From Chrysemys picta bellii (lineage: Eukaryota): a stretch of DNA of 64,000 bases. Shown here piece after piece: positions 1-13,777 of this stretch. The notes below the pieces were generated by a model, which did no database searches, was not told where the DNA came from, and saw only the letters and a list, made by a program, of their open reading frames with translations. The stretch is from contig NC_088799.1 in NCBI RefSeq assembly GCF_011386835.1, positions 86,552,001 through 86,616,000 on the forward strand, in the 5' to 3' direction. The translations under genes were made by a program, and so were the position numbers. Within the stretch, counting starts at the first letter, position 1. Every line of letters begins with the position of its first letter.

Positions 1-923
1 CGGCCTGATCCCTGACCTGTCTCTGCCCTTCAGCCTGATACTTGCCCTGACTATCAACCCTAATTCGCAAAGCTTAATATAAACTGGTAGATCAAAATGC
101 TTTAAACGTTGCACTTGAGTGAGAAGGGGAGGGGAGAGGAGGGGGAAAGAAGAGCCCTGCGTGGAAGTGCACCAGTAGGAGCACAGAGATAATTAAAGGA
201 CCCTATCCCACAAGCCTGTCTCACATGAGTAGCCCCACAGCTATGTGCCTGCCAGCACGAACAGGGATAATCACATTCGTCAGCGTTGCAAGAGCAGCCC
301 CTGCATGTTTCAGGCTAGAGTCACACCTAAGTGAATGGAGTTAAAGGACCGAATTCTTCCCCGTTGTATCTTTAGACCCCAAAACACAGTTCTTCTGCAA
401 GATACAAGTATGTGGGGCAACCTGGACAGATGCAGTTGGCAGCACAATTGCAGATAATGTATTAATAAGGCAGAGAGAGTGAGAGGTAGAGCCAAGCAGA
501 AAGAAAAATGAACGCAGAGCAAAAGCCGCAGCAATCTGTCCTGCTTAACATAATTTGAAAGGCCTATCTTCATACAGAATATTTTGAACAGACATGCATA
601 TTTACAACCTCCCTTTCCTTCCCCTCCAAAAATTCCCAAACTGCTACAGTCAAGGGCCCTCTGTAAAACAAACTAAATATACATGGCTTTTCAAAGCAGG
701 CATCAATGCACCAAAATATATAATCCTTTAAACCCTTGTGCATCTCAACATTTACTGGGCCTTAGGCAGAAAAAAAAAAGAAAAGGACAAACTCTGTAGT
801 ACAGCTGTGAAATATGAAATAAGACAGGAATGAGAACACATTCCTTTCTCCAGAGGAAGTGCATAGTGAGCTGCAAGCGTTTTGATCTACCAGTTTAAAT
901 TAGGCTTTGCAAATCAGTTGCCT

Positions 924-938
924 TATATATATATATAT

Positions 939-969
<31 letters not shown>
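924..969. repeat. Compound (TA)n(CA)n microsatellite
   Basis: Directly visible. Confidence 0.95.
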
Positions 970-1589
970 GCCAAGAAATACTGCTTGCTGAGTGTAGCTC
1001 CCCGCTGCATGCAAGGGGGATTTGTTCTGGTAGCAGTGGTAACAACCAGAAAGTCCATGAACCAAAATGGGGACAAAGACCCCCAAAGTGCACTGTTGTT
1101 GTTTTGTTCTTTCTATTCCAGTAGAAGCCTCTCTCTTTATTAGGAAGTGAGGCATAATTGTGCAAGAATAGAAGGATGTGAATCATGCCAGAAAACTAGA
1201 CACATTTCTAAATCTGTACGGTTGAAAGTGGTCACCTAATAATATTATAAAGGAGAAACCTAACAATTAGGGAGGACTGACTATCTGGTTCATTTTCTGA
1301 ATGAGAGCCATCCAAATATGGCCAGATATTTTCAGCCTATATTCTAGCAATGGTGATGATCTCTTCTACTTCTGCCATGTAACAGACTATGTGCTACTTC
1401 TGCTACAGGGATTACTTTGTTTGTTGTCTCTAATCATATGCTACAATTCTAGTCTATGTAGGGCAGGGATTGTCTTTTATTACATGTGTATACATGTGTT
1501 TACAGTGCCCAGCACAGTGGGGCCCTGATCTCTGACTGGGCAAATAATAAATAATCACCGCCACTAGAGAAGTTCTGTCTATGTAACTA

Positions 1590-1797
1590 CTTATATCACC
1601 TTCATCATCATGGTATCTGAGCACTTCACAATCAATGATGGATTTATTCCTGGTGAGCCATGGACGTACCATCTCCATTTTACAGATGAGAAACTGAGGC
1701 CTCAGATAGGGTAAGCCAAAGTCACACAGGAAGTCTGTGGCTGAGAGAGGAATTTAATCCAAGTCTGTCCAAGTCCAGTGTCTTAACCATTAGACCG
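1590..1797 (-). mobile_element. MIR/CORE-type SINE
   Basis: ccattttacagatgagaaactgaggc...aagtcacacagg, the MIR core. Confidence 0.7.
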
Positions 1798-1920
1798 TTT
1801 TCCTCCTCTGGCCTTCCTGGTACCTCTTCTTCCCAGATCAGTGAGAAAAGAACATGTATAGTGTCAGTTCAGAAAGGAACCAACAGTGTATGGTGCAGTG
1901 GGATGAATATGGGAATTTTC

Positions 1921-2690
1921 TGTAATGTTTTTATGATCTGTAGGACTCTGCACCCAGTGGGCGCAGTAGGGTTAAAATGCTGCTCCTGGGGCACAGCAGG
2001 AGACATGCAGTGTTTGTGGTTGGCTGGGGTGATATAAATGGGTCATTAAGGACTGGCTGGAACCAAAACTTATCAATGGAGGATCCGGAAAGACAATGGG
2101 CGCCCCAATGACTGAACAACTCACACTTAACACGGGAGGCCCCCAGTAGGTGGAACACATGAACTCAGCATGGCTTTGCAGCAAGCGGACAGTGGGCTGA
2201 GGGGTGATAGGAGGCCATGGTAAGAACTGGGCTCACAGAGACAGAGCGGCGCTCACCTGGGACCAAGACAAAGGGACAGAAAGAGACAGGCAGAGCCAAG
2301 ATGGATTCTACAGCATCTTGGTAGGTCCTTGGTGTTGGCCAGTCTAAACTTTGTCTTAACCTTGGCTTCTCTACACTAACCTAAGGACTGCCTGGTGCTG
2401 TACCCCATTTGACTAATAAACCCTACTCTGTTTTGACAAGGCTTCATGGAGTCACTGCAGGTACTTGCTGAAATGCATTGATCCCCAATGGGATTAAAAG
2501 TCTATGACCAGGAGTCTGTTCAGCGCTCACAGTAAGGAACAGGAGGGCTGGAACCTAGAGGCTCAATCTCAGAGGCTCTGAGGCCATGTGACCTACCCAT
2601 GTGGAACAGGGTGACCGGTTGTGGGTCTGGCATGCTAAAAGAGGCTAATTACAGGCTAGGGCATAGCACAGATCCTGGAAATCCATGATA
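1921..2690 (+). mobile_element. Degenerate solo-LTR-like element
   Basis: Starts TGTAATG, ends ...ccatgata, AATAAA at 2415 followed by ccctactctgtttt; no TSD found. Confidence 0.4.
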
Positions 2691-3539
2691 TGTGGTAATA
2701 AATGAGGCTAGGTCAGATGATAATAAATAGGATGATGAATACTCCAATATGCAGACAATTACATTAGCATTTCCAAACCAAAGCTCTTACTCCAGAGAGA
2801 CTTGCACACAGGAAACCAAATTTAACAGTCATAGTCATCCCACTTCTTAATGTATTTTTCCTCTTACGTTCTCTAGACACAGATGAACTCTCTCTGATCC
2901 GTATTTTATGGTGACTTCCTTGAAAATGGAGACTGCTAGCATTGTGATAAATGGCTTGAAAGACTAGCAGCACGGCAGTTTCTGCAAGTATATCCCTGTC
3001 CTCTGCAGAAATGTTTCTTGGCAACTTCTCAAAGCAACAGCTCTCAGTGGATCATGGCAGATATCCCTACACCTCCTTCAAGAAATATCACAACAAAGGG
3101 ATTATTGTTCCTGCTTCTGGAATGATGGAAGCACATTAGGGTCAAAAATATTGATATAACTAAGTACTAACTCTTATTTCTAACATAAGTCAGTTCTGGC
3201 CCAATTACTGGCTTCCCTCATTCATCAGAAAACAAATTATCACTATCAACAATTTTTCTACTGAACAGCACATTTTTATGTCAAAGAAAAATTAAAAACA
3301 TACCTAAAATATTAAATCAATCCTGTCAATTTAAAATCTATCTACAAAAAAAAACAAATTAAAAAACATCAGAACTAATTTGGACATTGTAATGTTTTAC
3401 TACTGTGTAATATTTTAATTTGCCTGTATGCATTGGTATAAACTACAGACGTCAGTGCGGAGATATTGGAAGAAGGGGACACACATCAGGGCCCAAATGG
3501 GGTTCTGGGTGATCGCTACCTCCCACCACCCAACACAGA

Positions 3540-4823
3540 TGTAATGTGGTTAAGTGGTGTCCGTATAAAGAAATTAAAACTACTGATTATTCCTCAAGAT
3601 AGGCTTTTAATGACTTACGGCTATAAATGCAACACAGACAAGATAGGAAAAGAAAAATTAAAGACCAGCATTGAATAAGGATTAATATAAATGACAAATT
3701 ATATTGCAAACAAGCACAAGTACAGGTAATGTTATGCATTAGCTACTTATTACTATAAAAGCATGTTCTTAACATTGCCAGTTTTTACTGATGACAGGCA
3801 CGAGTACATGCTAAGCTATTATTACTTATTAACTATTAACCTTACAAATTTTATTCCTATTCTTAATAACCATAAGTACAAACAAAGATACTATAAACTG
3901 ATTAACAACTTTCTACTATTTCTAAACAATTTAACACTAGTATTAAACTTTTACTACTATTTTTAATACTGCAGCACTAATATAATCTGAGATCAAATTA
4001 TCCCAACACTACCATTCTTAATACTATAGTGTCAGTACAACTTGAAATCAAAACAGCTCGAGCAACCCAGACTTCTTTACTCCGTTACCTTATTCTGCAT
4101 GCAACCAGACTTTTTCTTTTTAAAACCTTACCCTCCCGAGAATATGTTACTTTCTAGTCAACCGCTCTTTGCATTGGCCAGGTGCAGATAGTCGGTGCAG
4201 TTCAGGTTTCCTCAGTTCAGGGGGTGCGGGTCAGACCGATCAAAGAGAATAACTTCTTAGGCCAAGATACACACACACCTACCTGAGGTTCTACACATTT
4301 AATCTCATCTGCCCGCCGTGTTTTGAAGCAAGTCAACCAATCAGGCTAGGCCAAATTTAATGTTGTCTCTTTGGCTATAATTCATGCTTACTTATTTTCT
4401 TGTAGCCAATTATTGTTTTAATTTTATAAGTTATGCTCAAGGAGATAGCTTATTTCTATATAGTCCACTGTCTCAACTGTGGTTTCCCTTAGTTTTCTAG
4501 GTAACTTACCTCTAAAAGGGCTATTGCCTTGATTGTGGGTAAGGTTATCTTGATGACCTATGCCTAAAGGCCTAGCCCATCAAACCCACATAGGAATCAG
4601 TTTTTTGGCTGCAGCGTCTCTTAACCACAAGTTCCAAAGGTGGTTTCAATAAGCCATACCCGGGGGCATGACCTATTATACCATATAAGAGTCAGCATAA
4701 AATGTTGTCTGGTTATAGGTGTCTTTTGACCACAAGTTGTAGCTTCATTTTGCAAAGCTTGCTTTTTAAAGATAATTTTGCAAAGCTCATTCTATAAAGT
4801 TTCCGGAAGTTTTAGGCCTAACA
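3540..4823. mobile_element. Possible LTR-like repeat (unclassified)
   Basis: TGTAA...TAACA boundaries around a compositionally distinct block with a CCAAT box; no TSD or PBS found. Confidence 0.25.
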
Positions 4824-7804
4824 CTGGCAATACTGTTGTTCATCTTAAGCTTGACAACACTCTTACTCAAATTAATCACAGTCAGCTATATGTACAGCAG
4901 ATGTAGGCAGAAGAGGGTTTACTGCACTGAAAAAGAACTACATTGTCAATGACAATAAGCATTTCTCCAAGATCTAACTACTTATGCATTCAATAAGCAG
5001 AATATTTTGTACTAGCTGATGATTCCTTTAATATTAACATATGCAAATCCCTGGTAGTGCATATAAGTAAAGCTGACCGGAGAACAACAATTTCATTTCA
5101 TGGCAACTTTAAAGGTTTCTAAATTTGTTTTCATTACATACTGGAATGAAAACAAAACCTTTCAATACTTCTATTGAAAACTGCATTGTTCTGAAAACAA
5201 AAATTTCAGATCAAAACTTGAGCTTTTTGATTTGGAAAGTTCTCACCCACCACAACTGGAGGGGAGAGGGATTCTGAATCTAAGTTTGAGATGATCTTAC
5301 TTCATCACAAAGAATGAGCAAAAGACAATATCAAAATACTGTAGTTTTTGCTCTTAACTATTTATAATATTGGCTGCATAATGCAATGATACTCTTCTAA
5401 AGTTTAACTAATTGCACCAATTAATAGACTCATTTTTTCACTCATTTGAAGTGTTCTTATTTGGTTCACATATGACTGAAGAAATGGAAAAGTGGAAAAA
5501 TTAATTAAAGCTTCCGTGCACAATTTATTGCTCTGCAGACCACCACATGTGCATGTACATAGGTCTATATATGTACAGATCATTATGTCTTTTTCACAAT
5601 AGGGTACTGTAAATATGTTCTGCATTCTGGAAAGGGCTGAAGCGTGTGTCCTAATGGTTGGAGCAAGGACTCTCAGGTTATATTCCCAGCTCAGCCCTGA
5701 TTCACTATTTGAACTTGGGCAAGTCATTTCCTTCAAATCCCTCCTTGAAATTCTCCTTTGCCGTGATACCTACAACAAACAAAAAAACTTGACAACAGCT
5801 AGGCCGCTTCTCTGCTGAGACCACTGCTTATCATACTAACCAATAGTGTCTCATTTCCTTGTACTCCCAATGTTTATATGCAACTATTGTCTTTTGTCTT
5901 ACGTTTGGATTGTAGGCTCTTTGAGGCATATGTATGAGGCACAATGGGGCTGCTCCATGACTCGAGCGCCTAGGTGTTACTGGAATAATACATAATAGCC
6001 ATCCCTCAATTTACCATCTGTAAAATGGGATAGTAGTTCTCACATCACAAAATGGGATTATACTTTTTATGACAGGGATGTTATGAGGCTTAATTATCAC
6101 CCATCAAAGTACCAAGATCCTTGGATGGAAGGAACTACTTTATAATTAAAGTGCACTGAACTAATAAGTGCAAGCATAATTATGGTTAGAAAAGGCTTTA
6201 TTAAGTTACTCACAATTGAGAATTTAGCCATTTGATTTGCCAAGAAGATCGGATAAAGCTGATGATCGTGTCCTTTAAACCTCAACTGGTTTAACCAGCC
6301 TGCTCCCTTTGGCACTTCTAAAAATAATCATATCATATAATTTATTTATTAATTTTGATTCATATCAAAATATCCCTTCATTCCTCTGGAGGGCTTTTAC
6401 AAAAGTTAAAACACACAGTAATCAAATAAATTAATCCTAGATAGAATGAAATTTCCTTTGTAGGACAAATAGCGAAACATTTTCACAAAAACCAAGAAAG
6501 GCCCTTCACGAATTTGCTCAAACCGACTGCAGCTTGGAAGATGGCGCCTTTGTCTAAAATTGGTAGCTATCACATTTTACTGCATTATTAAAAGTGACAA
6601 TTATCTCCGGGTTTGTACAATTAGAACTTCTGATATTACGGAAAATAATGAATGCAACACTACTGTTCTGGATGGCCTAACACTAATAAAGCAAACCTAT
6701 TCTGAATGCCCAAGGCCAGGACCTCAGGGATAGCAGATGGTGCCCGGGATACCCATTCTCACATTAGCATAAGAAAAGCATTGAGTGGGTCACAGATTGC
6801 CTGTAAGCAAGCTTTCTGTTGTCCACACAATCTCTCGCCTTCTACCAAATGGGACAACAGCATTGTTTTGGGTTTTTTAATTTAGATAATCAGTGCTTCA
6901 TTACATAGAGAGAGACCTCATTTCACAATCAAGTCAAGCAATACAGAAGCCCACTTCCTTTGTCACTAGTTGGGCTCTAAAAGCTCATCATTCAAAGTCT
7001 AGGACACACAACAAAAGGAAATGAGCAGTAGCTGATAATATGCATTTAAACACTTAGGGCCAAATGACCTCTGGATCTTAAATTAGATTTTTTTTAATGG
7101 CCTCTAATTCTGTATGTAGTCTATTGCAGCTGCACTCAGTTGCAAGCACAAATGGTACTGTTTAGATACCCAGCTACCTGACTGCACTCTCAATTCAGAC
7201 TTGTCTAGATTCTATCATCTGGGGGCAGAATGCACGGCAGCCACAAAAATAGAGTCCAGACTCAGGACTCTGAAAACGTGGGGTGAAATCCTGACCCCCA
7301 ACAGTCAATGGACAAATTCCCACTGACTTCAGAAGGGCTAGAACTTCATTCTTGACTCTCAATATTTTTCATCTAACTTTCTGCACTTTTCATGACTTAC
7401 CACTGGAGGCCCAGCAACATGAACAAAGCAGCAAACAAGTAAAAGCGTCACGGTGTCTCTCCCAGGAAGTCCCAGAGTCTATAATATCACATGCAATCTA
7501 TCATGAGGCGTTTACATTTTTCGCTATAGCGTTGACTTCCACATTTATTACTGTGAATTATGAAACTCATAAGTAGAATCTGTTTCTGAAACAACCATGA
7601 GTGCCATTCATGAGCAACAGAACCCTGTGTGTTTACAGGAATATCTTCACTGCAAAGTTCACTTGGGTGATCGGCACCAGGCTTAGCCTAGCCCACATGT
7701 AATCAGCCACACCTACCTGATTTACAAAGTCCTGACTGGTGCTGCATGCTCCTGTGTGTCACATTCGATGTTTCTTTGTACTGCAGTAAGCTGAGCCACT
7801 CTGT

Positions 7805-8097
7805 GGGCTGGTCCACACTAAGCCCCCAGTTCGAACTAAGATAGGCAACTTCAGCTACGTGAATAACGTAGCTGAAGTCGAAGTATCTTCGTTCGAACTT
7901 AAAGGTACTTACCGCAGGTCCACATGCGGCAGGCAGGCTCCCGTCGACTCCGCCTACTCCTCTCGTGGAGCAGGATTACCGGCGTCGACGGCAAGCACTT
8001 CCGGGATCGATTTATCGTGGCTAAACAAGACGTGATAAATCAATCCCAGAAGATCGATTGCTTGCCGCCGAACCAGCGGGTAAGTATAGATGTACCC
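7805..8097. mobile_element. PIF/Harbinger-type MITE (same family as 9355-9648)
   Basis: GGGCTGGTCCACACT / AGTATAGATGTACCC termini; hairpins cttcagctacgt...acgtagctgaag and gggatcgatttatcg...gataaatcaatccc. Confidence 0.8.
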
Positions 8098-8191
8098 CAA
8101 GATTCTTTCCCAGTGAACTGTGGGAGAATTTGTCTGTTCTTCTGGGAATTGTGGGAAGGCACTGGAGGACTATCAGCACTAAAGTAATTTC

Positions 8192-8398
8192 ATATGTGTC
8201 CTCGCTGCAAAATGGGCAGGTGACCAGCTCATGTGAAAACAACACCCGAGTTTTAACTGATACGCCAGGCCAGGCCAGTTAGCCAGGGTTGAAATCGCTG
8301 CTAAACTCAGCTCAGAGGTTTGTGTGTGTTGATGGGAGGGGGGTTATGGCAATGTCCAAGTGAAAGCCCAGGTTAACCCTGCAGTGAATACATACCCT
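8192..8398. mobile_element. Degenerate Harbinger-type MITE
   Basis: atgtgtcctcgctgca... / ...tgcagtgaatacataccc termini. Confidence 0.45.
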
Positions 8399-8427
8399 CA
8401 AAGGGAAGGGAAAGGCATGGTTAACAC

Positions 8428-8698
8428 CAGGGCCGGCTCCAGCTTTTTTGCTGCCCCAAGCGGTGAAGCAAAAAAAAAAAAAAGAGAGAAAGCCGATCGG
8501 TAGCACTTCGGCGGCAGCTCAATCGCGCCGCTTCATTCTTCGGCGGCAATTCGGCGGCACTTCGGTGGCAGCTCAAAGAGGAAGAGAGGGACTGAGAGAC
8601 CCGCCGCCGAATTGCTGCCGAAGACCCGGACGTGCTGCCCCTTTCCATTGGCTGCCCCAAGCACATGCTTCCTTCGCTGGTGCCTGGAGCCGGCCCTG
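8428..8698. mobile_element. hAT (Tip100/MER45-like) MITE
   Basis: TIRs CAGGGCCGGCTCCA / TGGAGCCGGCCCTG; TSD GTTAACAC / ATTAACAC (7/8); internal TTCGGCGGCA repeats. Confidence 0.9.
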
Positions 8699-8931
8699 AT
8701 TAACACACTCTGGATTTCCCCGTTCATCCTTGTTGCCTATTCTGTAACTTCTATGTTTTACTAATTTGAGATAATGTCAAAGAGGATTTTTAAGTGGAAA
8801 GCATGAAGCCCTGAAAGTTTTGCATGGTGTAAATAACAGGAAGCTCTATGTAGAGCAGATCAAAAGAGTTTACAAAACAAACCTACCTGATTTGATAATA
8901 AAAGTCCCAAGTTTAGTTTTCTATGATTCTG

Positions 8932-9170
8932 GGGGCTTGTCCACACTTGCAGCTCTGTAGCTGCACTGCTGTAAGTGCTTAGTGAAGACACTACATACAC
9001 CCAGGAGAGCTTCTGTACTCCACCTCCCCAAGAGGTGGTAGCTATGTCGACAGGAGAAGCCCTCCCACTGACACAGCACCCTCTACACTGGGAGTTTTGT
9101 CAGTATCACTACATTGCTCAGCTGAGCGATTCAGTTACATTGACTTAAGTTTGTAGTGTAGACCAGGGCT
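8932..9170. mobile_element. Degenerate Harbinger-type MITE
   Basis: GGGCTTGTCCACACT / AGTGTAGACCAGGGC termini. Confidence 0.65.
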
Positions 9171-9354
9171 GGGGGTCATACTATTAGTTATTCAGAAGTA
9201 TTCCGAAAACCACCAGATATTTGTAAAAACTTTCATGAATCTAGGAAGTTTCAAGAGTTTTAACTGAAATACCATTAGTCTGAAAGGGGGTGGACCAGAA
9301 AGTGCATTCTTTGTTAAATGCTGCCTGTTTAAAGGAATTTAAGTCATCTTCTTA

Positions 9355-9648
9355 GGGCTGGTCTACACTGGGGGGGGAATCGATCTAAGATATGCAGCTT
9401 CAGCTATGAGAATAGCGTAGCTGAAGTCGACGTATCTTAGATCAACTTACCTCCCGTCCTCACGGCGCAGGATCAATGGCCACGGCTCCCCCGTCGACTC
9501 CGCTTCTGCCTCTCGCCCTGGTGGAGTTCCAGAGTCGACAGGGAGTGTGTTCGGGGATCGATTTATCGCGTCTAGACGAGACACGATAAATCGATCCCCG
9601 ATAGATCGATTGCTACCCGCCAATCCGGCGGGTAGTGAAGACGTACGC
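9355..9648. mobile_element. PIF/Harbinger-type MITE
   Basis: GGGCTGGTCTACACT / AGTGAAGACGTACGC termini, TTA TSD on both sides, two internal hairpins; homologous to 7805-8097 and 63448-63722. Confidence 0.85.
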
Positions 9649-11150
9649 TTAGAAAGCAGAAACAATTCCACAGGAATTAGGCCACCCCGCCCCCCTACAT
9701 TACAGAGAATGACTAGCAAACATTTAACGAATAACCCCTCTTCCAAAGATCATTCATCCCAAACTAGTCTACAAATTCTTACAAAAACATCTGAAGAAAA
9801 CCAGGACTGGTTTGTGAAGGATAAGCAAACATAAACATACAGTACCAGTTGGCATCTTCATCAAAAAGTGTCCATGTCTGCTTCCAAGACAATAAGCACA
9901 TGCAGCATCTTGCAAACCTCCTTCTTTCCCAAAAGCACCGCTTGAGAAGGAGTGTCATGCAGCAATGGAAATCAAAAAGCAATTTCAGAAGAGACATTGC
10001 CAAAATAAAAATCTTATTTTTTTTTAAAGTGCCTTCATCTCTATGGCAATTAAAACATTTTAGCACAGTAAGACAGAAGGAGTTTTAAGGGTGACTTTTA
10101 AAAGGTACACAGAGCAGTGAGAAGCCCAGCTCCCAAAACCAACTTGGGCAGTGACATGCAGCCAGGTGGTTCCACTTCCAGATTGGGTTTTGAATGTTGC
10201 AGTGCAGGGGATGCTTCAGTCCCTCTAGAACCCATATTCAGAGACATTTTTAACTTAAAATAAAATATCTCATGAAAACAAATTATATTCACATTCGGGT
10301 CAGTCAAATGCCCTTTAAGAGGAAGCCAAAATAAGGGCCTGAGATCTCACCCCTTCACAGAGCTGTCCCCAGACTGGAAACCAGCAGGGAGGGGAAGGGC
10401 AGAGTTAATTCCCACCTCTCTCTCCATCCAATACACAGAATGAATACCTGTTTCCACCACCAAGCTCAAGGGGCAAGCAGGAGGTCCAGGCAATCCACAC
10501 GGAGGCTTTATACTCCCCCCGCCCCACCCCAAACCGGCTCCTCAACAGAGCAGTTCTGCTGATAGAGCATTGTTGACCCAAAAGAGTCACCCTAGGAATC
10601 CCCTATGACAGGAGCATCCACAGCATATGATAGACAGTAGCACTAAAATTCTGCATTGTTTGAAGGGGATTGTGCCCCCATCCTACCTCATTCCAGCTCA
10701 ATAATCCCCAGCCTTGTGGCGTTCCAAGGAAGGGGATACAGATTGGGGTCTTACTGGGACAATAAGGCCCTAAATTCTTGTTTGCCTAACCCATTGACAC
10801 CTTACTTTTAAACAAAACCCTGACAGAGCTAGTGAAGGCGAGTCACTCAATACCACGCGCAATGCCAGCCACAGGCTGATGGCGAGGCAGCTGAGAGTAA
10901 CATATTTATTCACAACACAAACTGGCACAAGGGGCAGAGGAAAATCTTTTGCTGTTGCTGCTGCTCGTGTAACACAGTTGTCGTTCTCTAAAGCCAATGT
11001 ACTAATTGCCAACTAACAGAGTCATCTCATCAGTTTAACTCTAGCAAATACAAACAATATTTTAGCATTACTAGAAAATGCAAGAGGCCCCATCTGAGCA
11101 GTGAGAACACTAACTTTCTCTGCCTCGTGTTTAGTATTCATTTCTTAGAC

Positions 11151-11855
11151 TCATAAAATCGTAGGACTGGAAGTGACCTCGAGAGGTCGTCTAGTCCAGT
11201 CCCCTGCATGCAAGGCAGGACTAAGTATTATCTAGACCATCCCTGACAAGGGTTCATCATTAGTGATTTTTAAGAGCAGGTTAGATAAAGATTCCACAAC
11301 CTCCCTAGGCAATTTATTCCAGTGCGTAACTACCCTGACAGTTAGGAAGTTTTTCCTAATGTCCAACCTAAACTGCTCTTTCTTCAATTTAAGCCCATTG
11401 CTTCTTGTCTTATCCTCAGAGGTTAACGAGAACAATTTTTCACCCTCCTCTTTGGAACAAACTTTTATGTATTTGAAAACTGTTATCATGTCCCCCCATC
11501 AGTCTTCTCTTCACCAAAGTAAACAAATGCAATTTTTTCACTCTTCCCTCATAGGTCATGTTTTCTAAACCTTTAATCATTTTCGTTACTCTTCTCTGGA
11601 CTTTATCCAATTTGTCCACATCTTTCCTGAAATGTGGCGCCCAGACCTGGACACAGTACTCCAGTTGAGACCTAATTAGCACGGAGTAGAATGGAAGAAT
11701 TACTTCTCGTGTTTTGCTTACAAAATTCCTGCTAAAACATCCCAGAATGATGTTTCCTTTTTTTTGCAACACCGTTACACAGTTGACTCATATTTAACTT
11801 GTGATACAATTTAATCTCCAGATCCCTTTCCATAGTACTCCTTCCTAGGCAGTGA
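11151..11855 (-). mobile_element. CR1 LINE 3' fragment (RT C-terminus and 3'UTR)
   Basis: ORFs 11440-11772 and 11232-11489 encode the CR1 ORF2 C-terminus (QLEYCVQVWAPHFRKDVDKL...; TRSNGLKL...FRLDIRKNFLTVRVV.HWNKLPREVVES), frameshifted, with a CR1 tail at 11151. Confidence 0.95.
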
Positions 11856-12861
11856 CTCTCCTAACCTAGTAGTTGAAAAGTACTAATTCACCGAAACCAG
11901 CCTGGTACTGGTGGATGTTTCTGAATATACTTGAAAATGTTTCAGCCAGTGAAATTGGTGTAGCACCACTGAATTACAAGAGTCATTATCTTAGTGAGGG
12001 GTCTAGAGAGACAGACACATGATTTTGTGGCTAACAAACAGGATGGAAAGGAAACCAGGTTTCTGGGTTCTAACCCTGATCTCCTATGTGACCTTGAGCA
12101 AGTCACTTAGGGCCCAATTTTCTGAGACACTCAGCATCCAGCACTCCCATTTACTTTAACTGGCACTCATCACCTCCATCCAATCAATTGCCTCCAGGGC
12201 TGTGGCTTTAAGAAAAAAACCCACTAAATATCATTAGAGTTGGCAATACTGCAAATGGAACATAGCCCATACAAAAGTCACGTGTCAACTCTCAGCACTA
12301 TTCGTCAGGCACGAATTGTAACTATGGTAGCACACAGCGGCCATGCCTTGAGATACTACCTGTAGGAAAAATACCACTAACTCAGTGGTGGGTGTCTCCT
12401 TGAGGGTGATTTCAGAAGACAAAGGTTCTGCTAGTGCACCTCTCCAGAGTGATGGTCACATTTTGCTGTAAGCGAAGTGCCATCCAATCATGTCAATACT
12501 AACACTTTTCACATTCATTCCAGGCATAAATAGGAGGAAGACCGCTACAAAGATAATTATAAAATGTCACATTTATAAGATCTTCCAGCACATAAGTGCT
12601 GTAGAGCTCCAGGAACAGAAGTGTGACAATGTACATTTTTTTTAAATAAAAATTTGGACCAGCTCTAATGTCAAGTCTATTCTTCCCTGATTGTGTTGGA
12701 AGACCGGTTGGGTGGTCTACTAAAGAATTTTTATTATGCACTACATCATAGTTGAAAGAGTGGGGAGTGTTAAAGTTTTAACAAAGGCAGCCTTTCTTGA
12801 TTATTTTTGTTACTGGAGTTAAATAAGTATTAAAAACAAATATAAAGTAGAGACCTAGTAT

Positions 12862-13005
12862 GGGGGACAGATTGTTCTACACTCACCTTCTAAAGGGTTT
12901 TTATACCTTCCTGTGAATCACTTGGGGCTGGCCACTATTGGAGACAGGACACTGGACTAGATGAACCTCAGTTCTGCTCTGATCCAGTATGGAAATTTTT
13001 ATGTT
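12862..13005 (+). mobile_element. Old CR1 3' end
   Basis: ctggccactattggagacaggacactggactagatgaacct...ctgatccagtatggaaatttttatgttc. Confidence 0.6.
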
Positions 13006-13777
13006 CGACTTAAAAAACAACATCACTACAGCAACTGCCAGGCAGTGGGTCAGTTTACCCATCTAACCTCTTGTCTTATTATAGAAGATAAAGTGTTTGA
13101 TTATTGCCCTCTCCGCACTTCTGCATAAATTAGCCATAGAGGACTAGCCAGAAATTATTACTGGAAATTCAATCATCATGCTCAGGTCAAGGTTCATTGA
13201 CCTGCCAAAGCTTTTGGAAAAGGTTTCATTAACAAAACAGGAATCGCCCTTAATATCAGGAAGGAGCAAAGACTTGCTTGGGGGGGAGGAGAATTTAATC
13301 CCCCAATTTCTCAGTCTCAGGGTTTAATTTATATATTTACAAAGGGACATTATCCAGTAACTTAGGCTACATATTATACATTATTTTCAAAGCTGTTTCT
13401 TCATTACCTTAATTTGTCTAATGGATTAGGCATTTCCTTGGATAGACTTTGATTGTAAACTCTTTGGGGCATTCTGTGTTTGTACAGCACAATGAGGTCC
13501 CAGTCCATGACTAGGGCTCCTTGGCCCTACCACAGCACAAATAAATAATACTGGACCATACTCACATCCACAAACCGAATCCTGCTGGGACAGCTGCTCT
13601 AAAGGGTGGATTCCGTGTTGGGAGAGCAGCTTTAAATGGCCAGGGCTTCATGGAAACTCAGCACTTCTCCTGTCCAGGGTTGTACTATGGTCAGCAGTCC
13701 ATTCCATGAACAGATATTCCAAGCCAGGATTTAGGGAGCCCCTCTGTGATTGGACTGGACAGCTCAGGCTGTGTTTA

